In this document: positions 20,298-31,119 of the stretch, in pieces | Numbering within the stretch: the stretch's first letter is position 1 | Layout: every line of letters starts with the position of its first letter | DNA from: Spirochaetia bacterium | GTDB lineage: Bacteria > Spirochaetota > Spirochaetia > UBA9216 | Reading direction: 5' to 3' | NCBI GenBank assembly: GCA_963677925.2 | Contig: CAXXYH010000003.1 | Coordinates: 800,001 to 864,000, forward strand | DNA length: 64,000 bases | The notes under the pieces: model-generated | Seen by the model: only the letters and a program-made list of their open reading frames with translations | Told to the model about the DNA's origin: nothing | Database searches by the model: none | Position numbers and translations under genes: made by a program

Positions 20298-21293
20298 TTA
20301 TTTGATAGCGACTTCGAATTCTCCACCGCCGATTTTTGGTCTAACAACCTTACCCTCTTTTTCTGCAGCCAGAACGAGTCTTGCTTCTTCATGCGCATCG
20401 TCCCAGTATTTTGCCTCATGTGGTGAATGGTCAGTTGCAGTAACCCACATTTCAGAAGCAAAGCTGGCTCTAAGTTCATTTGCAATATCTTCCTTCCATG
20501 GCTTCCTGAGAATCTGAGTTGTAATTCTTCTTGTTGTTCTACCTGCAGCATGCATGATAAGTTCAGCAATTTCCCATGCTCTCTTGTATGCAGCATCAAC
20601 ATCTTCACAGATTTCGTTAATCATTCCATATTCAAGAGCCATTTTTGCTGTGATGATCTGACCGGTAAGCTCTGCATAAGCAAATCTCTTTCTTCCCATC
20701 AGCTCTCTCCATGCAATCTGGATACCGTCACCGGGAACCATGTTTGTTCTGAAGTGCATTTCAGTTGTCCATGCATCCTTTGTTGCTAGTGTGATGTCGC
20801 TGAAAAGAACGAGGTCAGTGTGGTAGGAAGCACCAGTCCATACACCTATTGTAGGAACTTCAAGGTCAAAAATCTGACCTTCGATGTCATTTGTTCCATC
20901 GTAGTACTGGTAATCGTACATCTTCCATGATTCTTCAGGTTCAGAACCGTACTCACGACAGGGCATCCACTCGCCGGTTTCCCTGTTGATTCTTCCAATT
21001 CCCTTGAATACGTCAGGTCCGATACCACCGAGGATGATTACCTCATTATCAGGGTCCCGTCCGGCCCAGTCAAAAAAGTAATGAAGGCCCTGATGAAGCT
21101 CGGCACTCCACTGTACAGGTCCGCCATGTGTATGCATTCTTGCTTCAAGGATTCCGTTCTTTCTTGTCATTTTCAGACAATTTTTCAGCTTCTCTGAATA
21201 CTCTTCGAAAGGCATGTGAGGAATTGTATAGAGTTCCTCATGTGGAATTTCTTTTCTTTTGTTCCAATCTGATTCATAATTGGCTTTAATCAT
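20298..21293 (-). CDS. Crotonase-superfamily enzyme resembling 6-oxocamphor hydrolase (beta-diketone hydrolase)
   Basis: PFEEYSEK, HTHGGPVQWS, DPDNEVIILGG, MHF...VPGDG with His/Asp at the OCH catalytic positions (recalled alignment). Confidence 0.75.
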   Translation of the reverse strand: MIKANYESDWNKRKEIPHEELYTIPHMPFEEYSEKLKNCLKMTRKNGILEARMHTHGGPVQWSAELHQGLHYFFDWAGRDPDNEVIILGGIGPDVFKGIGRINRETGEWMPCREYGSEPEESWKMYDYQYYDGTNDIEGQIFDLEVPTIGVWTGASYHTDLVLFSDITLATKDAWTTEMHFRTNMVPGDGIQIAWRELMGRKRFAYAELTGQIITAKMALEYGMINEICEDVDAAYKRAWEIAELIMHAAGRTTRRITTQILRKPWKEDIANELRASFASEMWVTATDHSPHEAKYWDDAHEEARLVLAAEKEGKVVRPKIGGGEFEVAIK

Positions 21294-21553
21294 TTAAATC
21301 ACTCCTTAATACTATATTGCCGCCATCATAGCTTACAAGTAATCGTATTATACATATTCATAACTTTGACGACATGATAAAGAAAATAAATTTTATAACT
21401 ATCCTCATAAGAGGGTGTAGCTTCAAAAATAATTTAGATATAGTCTGTCTAAATGGTTAACTTCACCAATACTATAACAGGTATTCGCGGGTTTATGTGG
21501 TATCAAAATTAACTATTATACTTACAAATTTGTAGATCCGGCTGATTAAAAAT

Positions 21554-24292
21554 CTACTTGGTTTTCAGATTAAAAACACCATCCCAGTTTGCAGGAGGAG
21601 CCTTTCTCTGATGATCTATACAGCGCTTGATATAAATTCCTGAGGGGCCGTCATCCGGTATAAGCTCTGTAACATTTCTAAACAGCTCAAGAGCATCCTG
21701 CCAGTCCTTGTTTTCAAAATGAAAAAGACCTCTGTGAAAGATATCCACAGCTTCAATCATTTTTTCATCCGCATATTCTGTTTCATCAATAAGTTCATAC
21801 AGTCTCACTGGTTCATTTATGCCGACTACGCGAACCCTGTCAAGTTTACGAAGCAGGAATTCATCACCTATTTCCTCAGCAGTTGATGCACTTATAAGCT
21901 TCCAGCATTCATACTGCTTGTTGACACCTTCAAGCCTGGCAGCAAGGTTAACAGAATTACCCATTATTGTGTAATCCATTTTTTTGGCGGTACCCATATT
22001 TCCGACAACCATATTGCCTGTATTGACGCCTATTCTTGTCAGCATATCTGTATCTATCAAACCTTCTTCTCTTAGCTTACTGTTAAGAATTACTTCTTCT
22101 TTCTTCATCCTTACTGCGGCACGGCATGCCCTGACCGCATGATCAGAGAAATCAACAGGAGCTCCAAAGAAGGCAATAATTGCATCACCCTCATATTTGT
22201 CTATGGTCCCCCCCTGCTCCATTATTATGTTGCTCATTGCGGTAAGATACTTATTAAGGAGATTTACAAGCTCACCGGGAGCCATATTTTCTGAAAAAGT
22301 GGAGAATCCCTTTATATCGGTGAACATGGCTGTCATATGCTTTTCAACGCCGCCAAGCTGCAGATCATCACGGTCCTTTATAAGATTTTCAATAACAGCA
22401 GGGGCCAGATAATGACCGAATGCATTCCTTATATAACTTTTTTCCTTGGCTGTCTCAACAAACTTCATAAAACTCATAAATATAAAGATTCCGAAAACAG
22501 AAAGAACCGGAGCAAGCAAGTGTATGTAAACTCCAAGCAGGAGAAAGACAGCAACCTCAGCACCCGCAATTATAAGGATGGTTACGATGCCCCATATGAT
22601 CGACGGTCTGGCATCCAGCTTTCTGATTATGAGGATCAGCATCAATGAGAACAGAACAGCTATTGCTATAGAGATCCACTCCGGGGCATCATCAAGAAAT
22701 GAATCCTGGATAATCATATTCATCAAAGAGGCATGGGTTCCTACGTTTGCATATTCCTTTGAAAACGGATTAACTCCGCGATCAAATGTCGATGTAGCAG
22801 AAGAACCTATTATGCAGAAGGAGCCTTCCACACTGCTTTTGATAATATCCCTTGTCTTTATATAATCTTCAAAAATAGCGCGGACCTGTCCAAAGTTTGT
22901 CTTAACCTGCCGTGCTATAGAGGTATATTCAGCTATTTCATCCTCAGAGAGTCCTTCTGTGGAAAGTATATCTTCTATCTGAGCTGAAATTACAGCTTCG
23001 GTATCGCCGTTCAGGAATTTATCAACCTCCGAAAAGAAATACTCCCTTGAATCACGGTAATCGGCAAAGTAATCAAGATCGCCGCCGTTGAGGATTTCGG
23101 TACGGATTGACTGCGCATATTCATATCCTGCAAAAATATCTGGATCGCCATTGTAATAATAAAAATACTGATCATCTTCAAGCAGTTTAAGATTTTTTAT
23201 CAGGTCGGCTTCCTGCCAGTCATGCAGAACAAGATAATAGAACGAAAGATGTCTGAAACTGTCCATGTAATCCTTTGCAGGCCAATTAATAAGAACTGTA
23301 CCGTCTTCTGCTCTGGGGATAGTAATATCCTTTTTAACACCGGTACCGGGAATTTCAGCATCCTTAAAAACGATTTCTCTGTCAGTCAGTTCAACATGGG
23401 GTCTGCCCAGCCAGTCAAGGAATGGAGTCATCACAAGCTGGGGAAAATATTTCCCTTCATATTCAATAAATGTATCTATCCGGCGTCTCACACCATCCGG
23501 ATCTATTATAATATTCGGGAACCCTGCCCCCATAGAATTCTGATACAGCAGTTCAAGGGCAGGATCAATACTTACGGATTTTTTTATATTTTCCGTCTCT
23601 ACCGAAATATCATCATAGGGGATATTTTCCATAATCCATTTTCTGAATGATTCGTCTATTACCACTTCATCAAGCATCTGCATATTCACAGTAAAGTAAA
23701 CATCACCATACAGCCTCGAGGCCTGTGCAAAGTATTCATCATTGTCTTTTGTAATATACTGGACTCTTTCAAGAAGCAAATCTCTGGTCTGGTGTCGTTA
23801 AGATCAGCAAGTTCCAATATATAGTCTGAAGCCTCTTCTATTGAAAGGGAACCGGCTGCCACAGCAGCAAATAATTCGATTATGTTGTCGTTTATTATCT
23901 CAAAGTTCTCATCAAATACAGCCGTGGAGTTCACTGTTAAGATAATCAGGATCAACAGCCACAGGACTTTTCTGAATATACTCAATATCAAAAACAGCAG
24001 CTCCTGAACCAAGCTCTTTCATGGTGATAAGCCCGTCTGCCACAATATTCCTGCTCCAGGGCCAGACTCCGACCTTCTCGATGGATGTGTCATCAATATC
24101 GACAAGTAATATCCTGTCATCTTCCGGGATTTCATTCTTAACCTTCAGCAGCGTGTCATACAGACGGTTTTCAAGTCTGTCAAAACCTCCGAAAAGCGAT
24201 ATGAAAGAAAGAGCTATTACTATCAGAATTGCAACAATGACTTTATAATCCACTTTACCATCCCAAAATCTGTATTTAAAAATTGAAAGCAA
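21554..24292 (-). pseudogene. CHASE2-domain class III adenylate cyclase; two compensating frameshifts at ~23926 and ~23790 (real or sequencing error)
   Basis: CHASE2 motifs VDIDDTSIEKVGVWPWSR and DPDGVRR; 3 TM; cyclase FTDIKGFS, DKYEGDAI, GNSVNLAARLE; WDGVF tail; ORFs 23912..24292, 23686..24012 and 21554..23779 join into one protein. Confidence 0.88.
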
Positions 24293-24348
24293 TGATTTGC
24301 AGGGGCTACAATTTCCTAGTAGTATAATGCATATAATGGAGAAAAGGT

Positions 24349-24813
24349 ATGCAAAAAATTAAAGTTTTTCTAAGCATCGTATTTCTGGTATTTATTTCTT
24401 CCGTATTTCAACTTTATGCACAATCAGCGGAAATCATAGACAACATTATTGAATCGCAGGGTATCAGCTATGGTGAAGCATCATATCTTGCCGCACTGGG
24501 TACTGGCCTTGCTGATGATGAAGCAGATATTCAAACAGCTTTTACTATTATGAGCAGCAGAGATTTTAACAAAAATTCAAAAACCGCTGATCAGCCGGCA
24601 ACTCTTGGTGAGTTCGCTTATTTACTTATGGAATCTCTGGAGATTAAGGGCGGACTGATGTACAGTTTGTTTCCCTCGCCTCGGTATGCAGTACGAGAAC
24701 TTGTATATCTTGGTATCATTGACTTTGAAGCACATCCGGGAAACAAGCTCAGAGGGACAGATGCCCTGAACATGCTTTCAGAATTATTAAGCCTGCAGGA
24801 GGCTGAACAGTGA
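24349..24813 (+). CDS. Secreted/periplasmic protein with degenerate SLH-like helices
   Basis: Signal peptide ending LYA-QS; DQPATLGEFAYLLMESL resembles the SLH TRAEFA motif. Confidence 0.6.
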   Translation: MQKIKVFLSIVFLVFISSVFQLYAQSAEIIDNIIESQGISYGEASYLAALGTGLADDEADIQTAFTIMSSRDFNKNSKTADQPATLGEFAYLLMESLEIKGGLMYSLFPSPRYAVRELVYLGIIDFEAHPGNKLRGTDALNMLSELLSLQEAEQ

Positions 24814-26221
24814 AAAAATTAAACATATTTATTTTTACAGTAATAGTTATCAGCCATCCCCTTTCTACAGTATCAGCTGTAGATTTCGGCGGCTCGCTTG
24901 CCTCATCCACCGCATATTCAACAGCGGAGACGGAAGCATTCAGAATGAAGAGGCAGTCGGGCTCTGGTTTGAATCAGGCCGGGGTGAACATCTCGCATTT
25001 GAAACAAAGCTGGATCTGATTTTTTCAGCTTCTCCGCTCGGGTTCTATATCAATCCTGACTATCTTAAACTTACTTCGGTTTATGAAAACACCGATTTCG
25101 GCCCTGATCTACTCAACACCACAATCGGAAGATTCACAGCCTCGGATTTCAGCTCCATGGTAATAAATCAGAAGCTTGACGGAGCTTCAGTAAGTTTCAG
25201 TTATCCTGAAGTTGAATTATCCATGACTGCGGGATATACCGGGCTCTTTTTTAACAGAACAGGAAGCCTCCTCACTACATCTCCGCTTACAATACTTTCA
25301 AAAACCGATACAGCATCCTATGAAAATGGAACCCTGCTGCAGAGCCCGAGGGCTGTAGAAATGATATCTGTCAATGTTCCGCAGCTGTTCGCGCGACAGA
25401 ATCTCTTTTTCAGCCTGATTTTACAGGAGGATCTGAGAGGTCTTCAGGACACAATAGGAGCCTATTCATCTGATTATTTACCGGTACTCCTGCAGGAAGG
25501 AGAAGAGACTTTCTACGCAGGTAGAGGCGGTGCCGTTGATACTCAGTATACCGGAATAGGTTTATCCGGACCTGTTATAGATTCACTGTATTACAGAGCA
25601 TACTACTACTTCGGAACCGGACGTAGCCTTTCATATCTTGCAGATTCAGAAAGTGAAACGGGCTTTTCATATCAGTACACTGATATTTTTTCCCATATGA
25701 CTGGAATGAATATAGATTACTACCTGACTGATATCCTCTATTCTGTTATCAGTCTGAGTTTTAATTTTGCAACCGGAGATGCGGATGCAGAAAGTTATTT
25801 TGAAGGTAATACAGCAGGTAACTACACCCAGTTCACACCTGTATCACCGGTTTCTACCGCTCTTGTGTTTAATCCGGGTGTTTCAAACATAATTTCCACT
25901 GCCCTCAGTTACTCAATAAAGCCGCTCTCATCAAGCAGTCTTTCATATATAGATTCTGCGCAGATAGTGTTCAAGGCTATTCCCTTCTTCCTTGCCGAAA
26001 CAGGTGCCCCGCTGCTCTACAACGGGATAAATCCTGATATTGCAGGAAATTACCTGGGAACTGAGATAGACTTAACTATGAACTTCAGGCCGTTTTCGGA
26101 TCTTGGCGGTATACTTCAGACCGGGCTTTTTTTGCCTGCTGCGGATGCATTTGCAGAAGGCTCAGAGTTTGATACAAGCGCGGTATTCCTGGCCCGTCTG
26201 ACTTTATCGGTCAGCTACTGA
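24810..26221 (+). pseudogene. Predicted outer-membrane beta-barrel protein (~470 aa); one missing base at ~24925
   Basis: Signal peptide in 24810..25019; the frame of 25157..26221 is open back to 24926 (GDGSIQNEEAVGLWFESG); YLGTEIDL and terminal RLTLSVSY beta-signal. Confidence 0.65.
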
Positions 26222-26275
26222 TCGAAGTTCAGTACCAGACATATTGCATGGTTAAATGTTCAGGAGGACAAAACT

Positions 26276-26941
26276 ATGAAAAAAACCGTATTATTATTTA
26301 TGATTTTCCTTATAAGTATTCCGGTTTTTGCTGCTTCAAATGCAGTAGTAAAGGAAACTAAGGGTAAAGTAGAGTTTATGAAACCCGGCAGCAGCAGCTG
26401 GGTTAAAGCCTCGCCCGGTGATGAAATACCGGAAGGTTCTACAATTTCCACAGGATTCAGGTCTTCTGCAGTGATAGAGGCCGGTGAATCTGTTTTGACA
26501 ATAGACGCGCTCACTAGAATCGAACTTGAAGAACTTATGCAGCAGGGAGGCAATCAGACTACAGGCCTATTTCTGCGTGTCGGAAAGGTAAATGCAGAAG
26601 TTAAGCGTGATACCGGGCTTACTCATAATTTCAGACTCAGAAGTCCCTCATCAACAGCTGCAGTTAGAGGAACCAATTTTACATTTGACGGAAGAAAGCT
26701 CATCGTTAACCGCGGAGCCGTAGCCCTCATCGGTCAGGCGCTTGCCCGTGAAATGCTTGTGCAGGCAAATGAAAAAAGCCGCATGGGCAGAGACGGCAGA
26801 GCTACTGACCCGGCCGACGAGAAACAGGATGACTCATCAACTGACGGAAGCACAGTTAAAACTGAAAACGGCGGACCGTCAGGCCCAATGGGAAGCTACA
26901 GTTATTCATCATACGGCTCGCTTGAGATAATAATTGAGTAA
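26276..26941 (+). CDS. Secreted FecR-domain protein
   Basis: Signal peptide; GSTISTGFRSSA, LRVGKV, SPSSTAAVRGTNF FecR-type motifs. Confidence 0.85.
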   Translation: MKKTVLLFMIFLISIPVFAASNAVVKETKGKVEFMKPGSSSWVKASPGDEIPEGSTISTGFRSSAVIEAGESVLTIDALTRIELEELMQQGGNQTTGLFLRVGKVNAEVKRDTGLTHNFRLRSPSSTAAVRGTNFTFDGRKLIVNRGAVALIGQALAREMLVQANEKSRMGRDGRATDPADEKQDDSSTDGSTVKTENGGPSGPMGSYSYSSYGSLEIIIE

Positions 26942-26952
26942 GGAGGCATAGA

Positions 26953-28434
26953 ATGAAAAAGATAAGTATTTTTATAATTACCGCCGCTGTTCTTGCAGCC
27001 TTATTTTCCTGTGAAGGTATAAATACCGCTTCAGGCAGTATTACAATGGACTTCTCCTCAATCCTCGAAAAATCTGTAACTTCATCAGCAGATACTGCCA
27101 GAGTGTGGGTTGTACCGGATGGTATGAACAGTTTCTATGATCTTAATCCGGCAGAAGAAGCAATTGTTTATTTTGAAACAGCCCTGACTGATACTGCTGA
27201 TGGAGCCTCATTTACAATAGAGGGAATTCCAGCGGGAATCAGCTACGATGTATATGTGACACTCGGAGCAACAGACAGCGATGGATTATTTACTGCATTA
27301 CAGACAGCAAACAGCACTGCGCCGGTATATGTTGCAGGTACAGGAAGTTCGACAGGCGTCCTGACTGCTCAAACGGCAGTTGCATCACAGGTTACTACCA
27401 TGACAGGCAAAGATATTGTAGGTGTTGTGTACACTAATTCAACCCTGTTTGCTGCTGATTCAGCTACGCTATATTACGGAGCCTCTACAGCCAATCTAAC
27501 CGGCTATTCATTCAATTCTATCACTGAGGGTAAATATTGGGATGGAGCTTCCACCAAACCGGCGGTTTTTATCAGTACCGACACATCTTCAGCCGGAACC
27601 AGAAATGGAATTATTGCCTATGATACAGTCGCTCATTCCATGCATACATCATTTTCCGACGGTATCAACTCAACCCTGATCAGCTCTTCAACATTTTCCG
27701 TCATAGACACCAATATTTTTGATTTAGCTCCGGATACACATGAAGTCTTTATTTCTCAGTTAGATGCAGGAATAATGATAAATTATTATGATTATTCAAA
27801 CGGCAATTCTTACTGGAGCAGCGTGGATCTGAGTGATCTTGTATCTGATCTTGGAATTACACTTGAAGGCAGACTTGTCAGAGATATGCTTGTAGTAGAT
27901 ATTGACGGCTCTAATGGATGGGTATATTTCCTTTCAAAAGCCGGTAACTACCGGGTTAACGTTAGTTACGAAACAGGGCCATCTGATACAGAAACCTATT
28001 CGGACTATTTTCCCAAACCGCCTGTATCAACCGAAGCAACAATGTATGAAAAACGGATTTACTCAATAGAAGAAACTGGCGGGACTCTGTATTTCGGCAC
28101 AAGTGACGGAATATGGACCGCAGATGTCGGTACTGACGAGGCACTGGAGAATCAGCAGCAGATTGCTGCGGATGAGATAAAGGTCACTATGATGGCCGTA
28201 AACAGCTCCGGAACCTTTCTGGCCTGTGTTACGCCTCTTGAACTTCTGATCATAGATCTCGGATCTTCTGCGTATTATACAGCAGCAGTCCCCTTTAACA
28301 GCGCACTGCCTGTAACAGATTATCTTTACGGTGATGAAGTTGGAATTACCGGTCTGGAATGGGAAGGTAACACACTTTATATATCAGGTGATTACGGAGT
28401 TTCATCAATTTCTGATGTATCTACCATTTTTTAA
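26953..28434 (+). CDS. Large acidic lipoprotein, beta-rich, probably with a beta-propeller C-terminus
   Basis: Lipobox LFSC; blade-like LYFGTSDGIW and LYISGDYGVS; AAGGAGG SD. Confidence 0.7.
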   Translation: MKKISIFIITAAVLAALFSCEGINTASGSITMDFSSILEKSVTSSADTARVWVVPDGMNSFYDLNPAEEAIVYFETALTDTADGASFTIEGIPAGISYDVYVTLGATDSDGLFTALQTANSTAPVYVAGTGSSTGVLTAQTAVASQVTTMTGKDIVGVVYTNSTLFAADSATLYYGASTANLTGYSFNSITEGKYWDGASTKPAVFISTDTSSAGTRNGIIAYDTVAHSMHTSFSDGINSTLISSSTFSVIDTNIFDLAPDTHEVFISQLDAGIMINYYDYSNGNSYWSSVDLSDLVSDLGITLEGRLVRDMLVVDIDGSNGWVYFLSKAGNYRVNVSYETGPSDTETYSDYFPKPPVSTEATMYEKRIYSIEETGGTLYFGTSDGIWTADVGTDEALENQQQIAADEIKVTMMAVNSSGTFLACVTPLELLIIDLGSSAYYTAAVPFNSALPVTDYLYGDEVGITGLEWEGNTLYISGDYGVSSISDVSTIF

Positions 28435-28455
28435 AAACAAATAATTATATCTTTC

Positions 28456-28491
28456 AGCAGACCGGTTAAATATTCCGGTCTGCTTTTTTTT
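28456..28491 (+). terminator. Rho-independent terminator
   Basis: AGCAGACCGG-9 nt-CCGGTCTGCT plus T run. Confidence 0.85.
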
Positions 28492-28506
28492 CACCGAATT
28501 AATTAC

Positions 28507-28522
28507 AATGAATTGATTCATT
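28507..28522. promoter_or_regulatory. Candidate TetR operator (TGAAY-N2-RTTCA)
   Basis: Palindrome AATGAAT-TG-ATTCATT upstream of tetR; related sites at 32376-32400. Confidence 0.55.
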
Positions 28523-28586
28523 TGTTTTTACCGCAGGACTATCCTGTGATATAATCAAATAATCATTTGTTCAATACGGGTGTAAA

Positions 28587-29180
28587 ATGTCAGAAAAGAA
28601 ATTAACCAAGCGCAAGATCCAGGCAAACAGGACAAGGAAAAAGATATTCGATGTAGCTATAGAGTTGATGGAAAAAAACGGTTTCAACAACATGACGATC
28701 GAAGATATCTGCGAAAAAGCAGGAGTTTCCGTCGGGACTTTTTATCATTATTATCAGTCTAAAGAAGATGTTTTTTATGAATTATACCGTAAGGCAGATG
28801 AATATTTTATAGAAGTAGTTACACCTGCCCTCGACAATCTTACTGCAGATACCTGGGAAAAAATAATAATCTTTTTTAAATATTATGCAGAATATCAGAC
28901 CAAACAGAAATTTGAAAACACATCTCAGGTGTACAATGCCAAAAACAAACTTTTTATCGATGAAGACAGATATATGATTTCCTACCTCTTTGAGCTTGTA
29001 GCAAAGGGACAGGAAAATGCTGAACTAAATTCGGATATGAGTTCACGAGATACTGCGGTTTATCTTTTTATTGTAAGCAGGGGAATAGTTTTTGACTGGT
29101 GTGTCCATGATGCGGGATACGACCTTGTCGAACGCATGGATAGAATGTTCAGAAAACTGACACCTGTTTTTAAGCTTTAA
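28587..29180 (+). CDS. TetR/AcrR-family transcriptional regulator
   Basis: GFNNMTIEDICEKAGVSVGTFYHYYQSKE HTH. Confidence 0.93.
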   Translation: MSEKKLTKRKIQANRTRKKIFDVAIELMEKNGFNNMTIEDICEKAGVSVGTFYHYYQSKEDVFYELYRKADEYFIEVVTPALDNLTADTWEKIIIFFKYYAEYQTKQKFENTSQVYNAKNKLFIDEDRYMISYLFELVAKGQENAELNSDMSSRDTAVYLFIVSRGIVFDWCVHDAGYDLVERMDRMFRKLTPVFKL

Positions 29181-29194
29181 GCATTCTTCTATAT

Positions 29195-29237
29195 AAAAAA
29201 ACCCTTGAAATCAAACTGATTTTCAAGGGTTTTTTTT
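29195..29237. terminator. Bidirectional terminator between tetR and dctM
   Basis: A7-CCCTTGAAA...TTTCAAGGG-T8. Confidence 0.85.
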
Positions 29238-29250
29238 ATACTGCGTATGC

Positions 29251-30546
29251 TCAGCCGGCCATAAAACTAGGCAGGAATGTTGCAATTTTCGGGAAAACCA
29301 TCAGGATAACAGTTGAAGCTATAAGGGCAAACCAGAATGGTATTGTCCCTTTAAAAACGGTCTCCAGCTTAATTTTTGTAATACCTGAGGTAACAACACT
29401 GACAACTCCGACAGGAGGAGTCAGGAATCCGATAAGGATCATTAGAATTGTTATAATTCCATACCAGATACCATCATAACCGGCGTTTATAATAAGCGGG
29501 TAAAACAGACTTGTAAAAATAACAAGAGTTGCCATTGCATCCATAAAGAAACCGGAAACAAAGTATGCTGCAAATATTGTAGCAAGCAGCGCAACAGGCG
29601 GCATTTCTGCCATGTGTATTGCAAGATAACCGGGTATCCTTGAAACGGAAATAAAATTACCGAAAATTATTCCTCCGATAACAATAACCATAAGCATTCC
29701 GCTTACCTTAACTGTATCATACAGGGCCGAAAGAAATGCTTTTATATTCATCTTTCGAGTCATCAGACTGAAGACAAGTGATAGAAAAGCACCCATGGCA
29801 CCGCCCTCGGTTGGTGTAAAAACTCCGAAGTAGATACCGCCCATTGTGAATAAAAAGATCAATGGAATAGGCCAGATAGGCAGCAGTGATTTAAAACGCT
29901 CTCTCATCGGGGTTTTTTCTGCACCAGGAGCCAGTTCAGGTTTAACACGAACCATGATGTAAGCTGTTATGGCCATCAATATGGCTGTCATAATACCGGG
30001 AACGACTCCCGCAATGAGCAGCTGCCCGATAGATTCTTCTGTCAAAACACCGTAGATAATTAATACTGAACTGGGCGGAATAAGAATTCCAAGCGTACTT
30101 CCTGAAGCTACGCTTCCGGCAGCAAGACTGTCGGCATACTTCATCCTGCGCATTTCAGGAACAGCTATTACTGCAATCGTCGCAGTAGTTGCGATTACAG
30201 AACCAGAAACAGCAGCAAATGCCGCACAAGTAATAATTGCAGCAATAGCAAGACCTCCGCGGATATGTCCGAACCAGGCATTAAACGCCTGAAACATCTC
30301 TTTACCCAGACCTGCACTGCCTATAAACATACCCATAAGAGTAAACATAGGAATTACACTCAGACTGTAATTGTGCGCATTATTAAACAGATCGGTACCC
30401 AGTTTGGCCAAAGCGGCCGTTGGGCCGATAACGACACCGTACCCTACAACGCCTACAAGGAGCATTGAGAATCCGATGGGTACTTTAAACATAATTAGGA
30501 CAAGGAGGACTATTACTCCAAGCAAACCAATAGTTTCAGGACTCAT
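29251..30546 (-). CDS. dctM: TRAP transporter large permease
   Basis: VIPMFTLMG, VSGSVIAT, LIPPS, LTPPVG. Confidence 0.94.
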   Translation of the reverse strand: MSPETIGLLGVIVLLVLIMFKVPIGFSMLLVGVVGYGVVIGPTAALAKLGTDLFNNAHNYSLSVIPMFTLMGMFIGSAGLGKEMFQAFNAWFGHIRGGLAIAAIITCAAFAAVSGSVIATTATIAVIAVPEMRRMKYADSLAAGSVASGSTLGILIPPSSVLIIYGVLTEESIGQLLIAGVVPGIMTAILMAITAYIMVRVKPELAPGAEKTPMRERFKSLLPIWPIPLIFLFTMGGIYFGVFTPTEGGAMGAFLSLVFSLMTRKMNIKAFLSALYDTVKVSGMLMVIVIGGIIFGNFISVSRIPGYLAIHMAEMPPVALLATIFAAYFVSGFFMDAMATLVIFTSLFYPLIINAGYDGIWYGIITILMILIGFLTPPVGVVSVVTSGITKIKLETVFKGTIPFWFALIASTVILMVFPKIATFLPSFMAG

Positions 30547-31042
30547 TAGCTTTCTCTCCCTTCATTTCTTTAATGGACACAAGTAAATCCCAGACAAGGG
30601 CGATTACAAGTACGATGAGCCCGATTGAAGCTATATAGATCCATGGGTGCATCGGCCAGCGGAGTACGCTGGTAATAGTATGAGAAGCCTTCATACGTCC
30701 TGCATATTTAATAGTCTGAACAAATGCAACTGAAAACATGCCGATGCTCAGACCGGAACCGATAAAATCAAGTATGCCCTGGACCTTAACCGGAAATTTG
30801 TCATATATCAGGGTAATTCCAAGATTCTCTCCATTATATTGAGAAACAGAGAACGAAAAGAATACTGACAAGGCAAACAGGATCTTTGTGATTTCAAAAG
30901 TTCCCGGGATTGGATGTGTGAATAAAAACCTTCCTGCCACATCTCCGACAGTCAGGAACAGCAGAATGAAAATGGCCGCCATCCCGAGCTTGCTGGCAAT
31001 GTTACAGATTATGTCCACAATTTTCTTGATCAAATTCATCAT
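30536..31042 (-). CDS. dctQ: TRAP transporter small permease
   Basis: 4 TM; DVAGRFLFTHPIPGTFEI; start moved to an ATG behind a GAGGTGG SD. Confidence 0.9.
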   Translation of the reverse strand: MMNLIKKIVDIICNIASKLGMAAIFILLFLTVGDVAGRFLFTHPIPGTFEITKILFALSVFFSFSVSQYNGENLGITLIYDKFPVKVQGILDFIGSGLSIGMFSVAFVQTIKYAGRMKASHTITSVLRWPMHPWIYIASIGLIVLVIALVWDLLVSIKEMKGEKANES

Positions 31043-31065
31043 GACCACCTCAATCAAAAAATGAT

Positions 31066-31095
31066 GGTTCCTGAAAAGAGAATTTTTCAGGAACC
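31066..31095 (-). terminator. Stem-loop between dctP and dctQ (partial terminator or mRNA stabiliser)
   Basis: GGTTCCTGAAAA-6 nt-TTTTCAGGAACC 12-bp inverted repeat. Confidence 0.7.
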
Positions 31096-31119
31096 GGAAT
31101 AGTTGTTAGAATAAATATT

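Noticed and set aside
20231-20608. 125-aa minus-strand ORF overlapping the crotonase 3' end
   Set aside because: Alternative frame with no SD or motif, and it runs through the terminator
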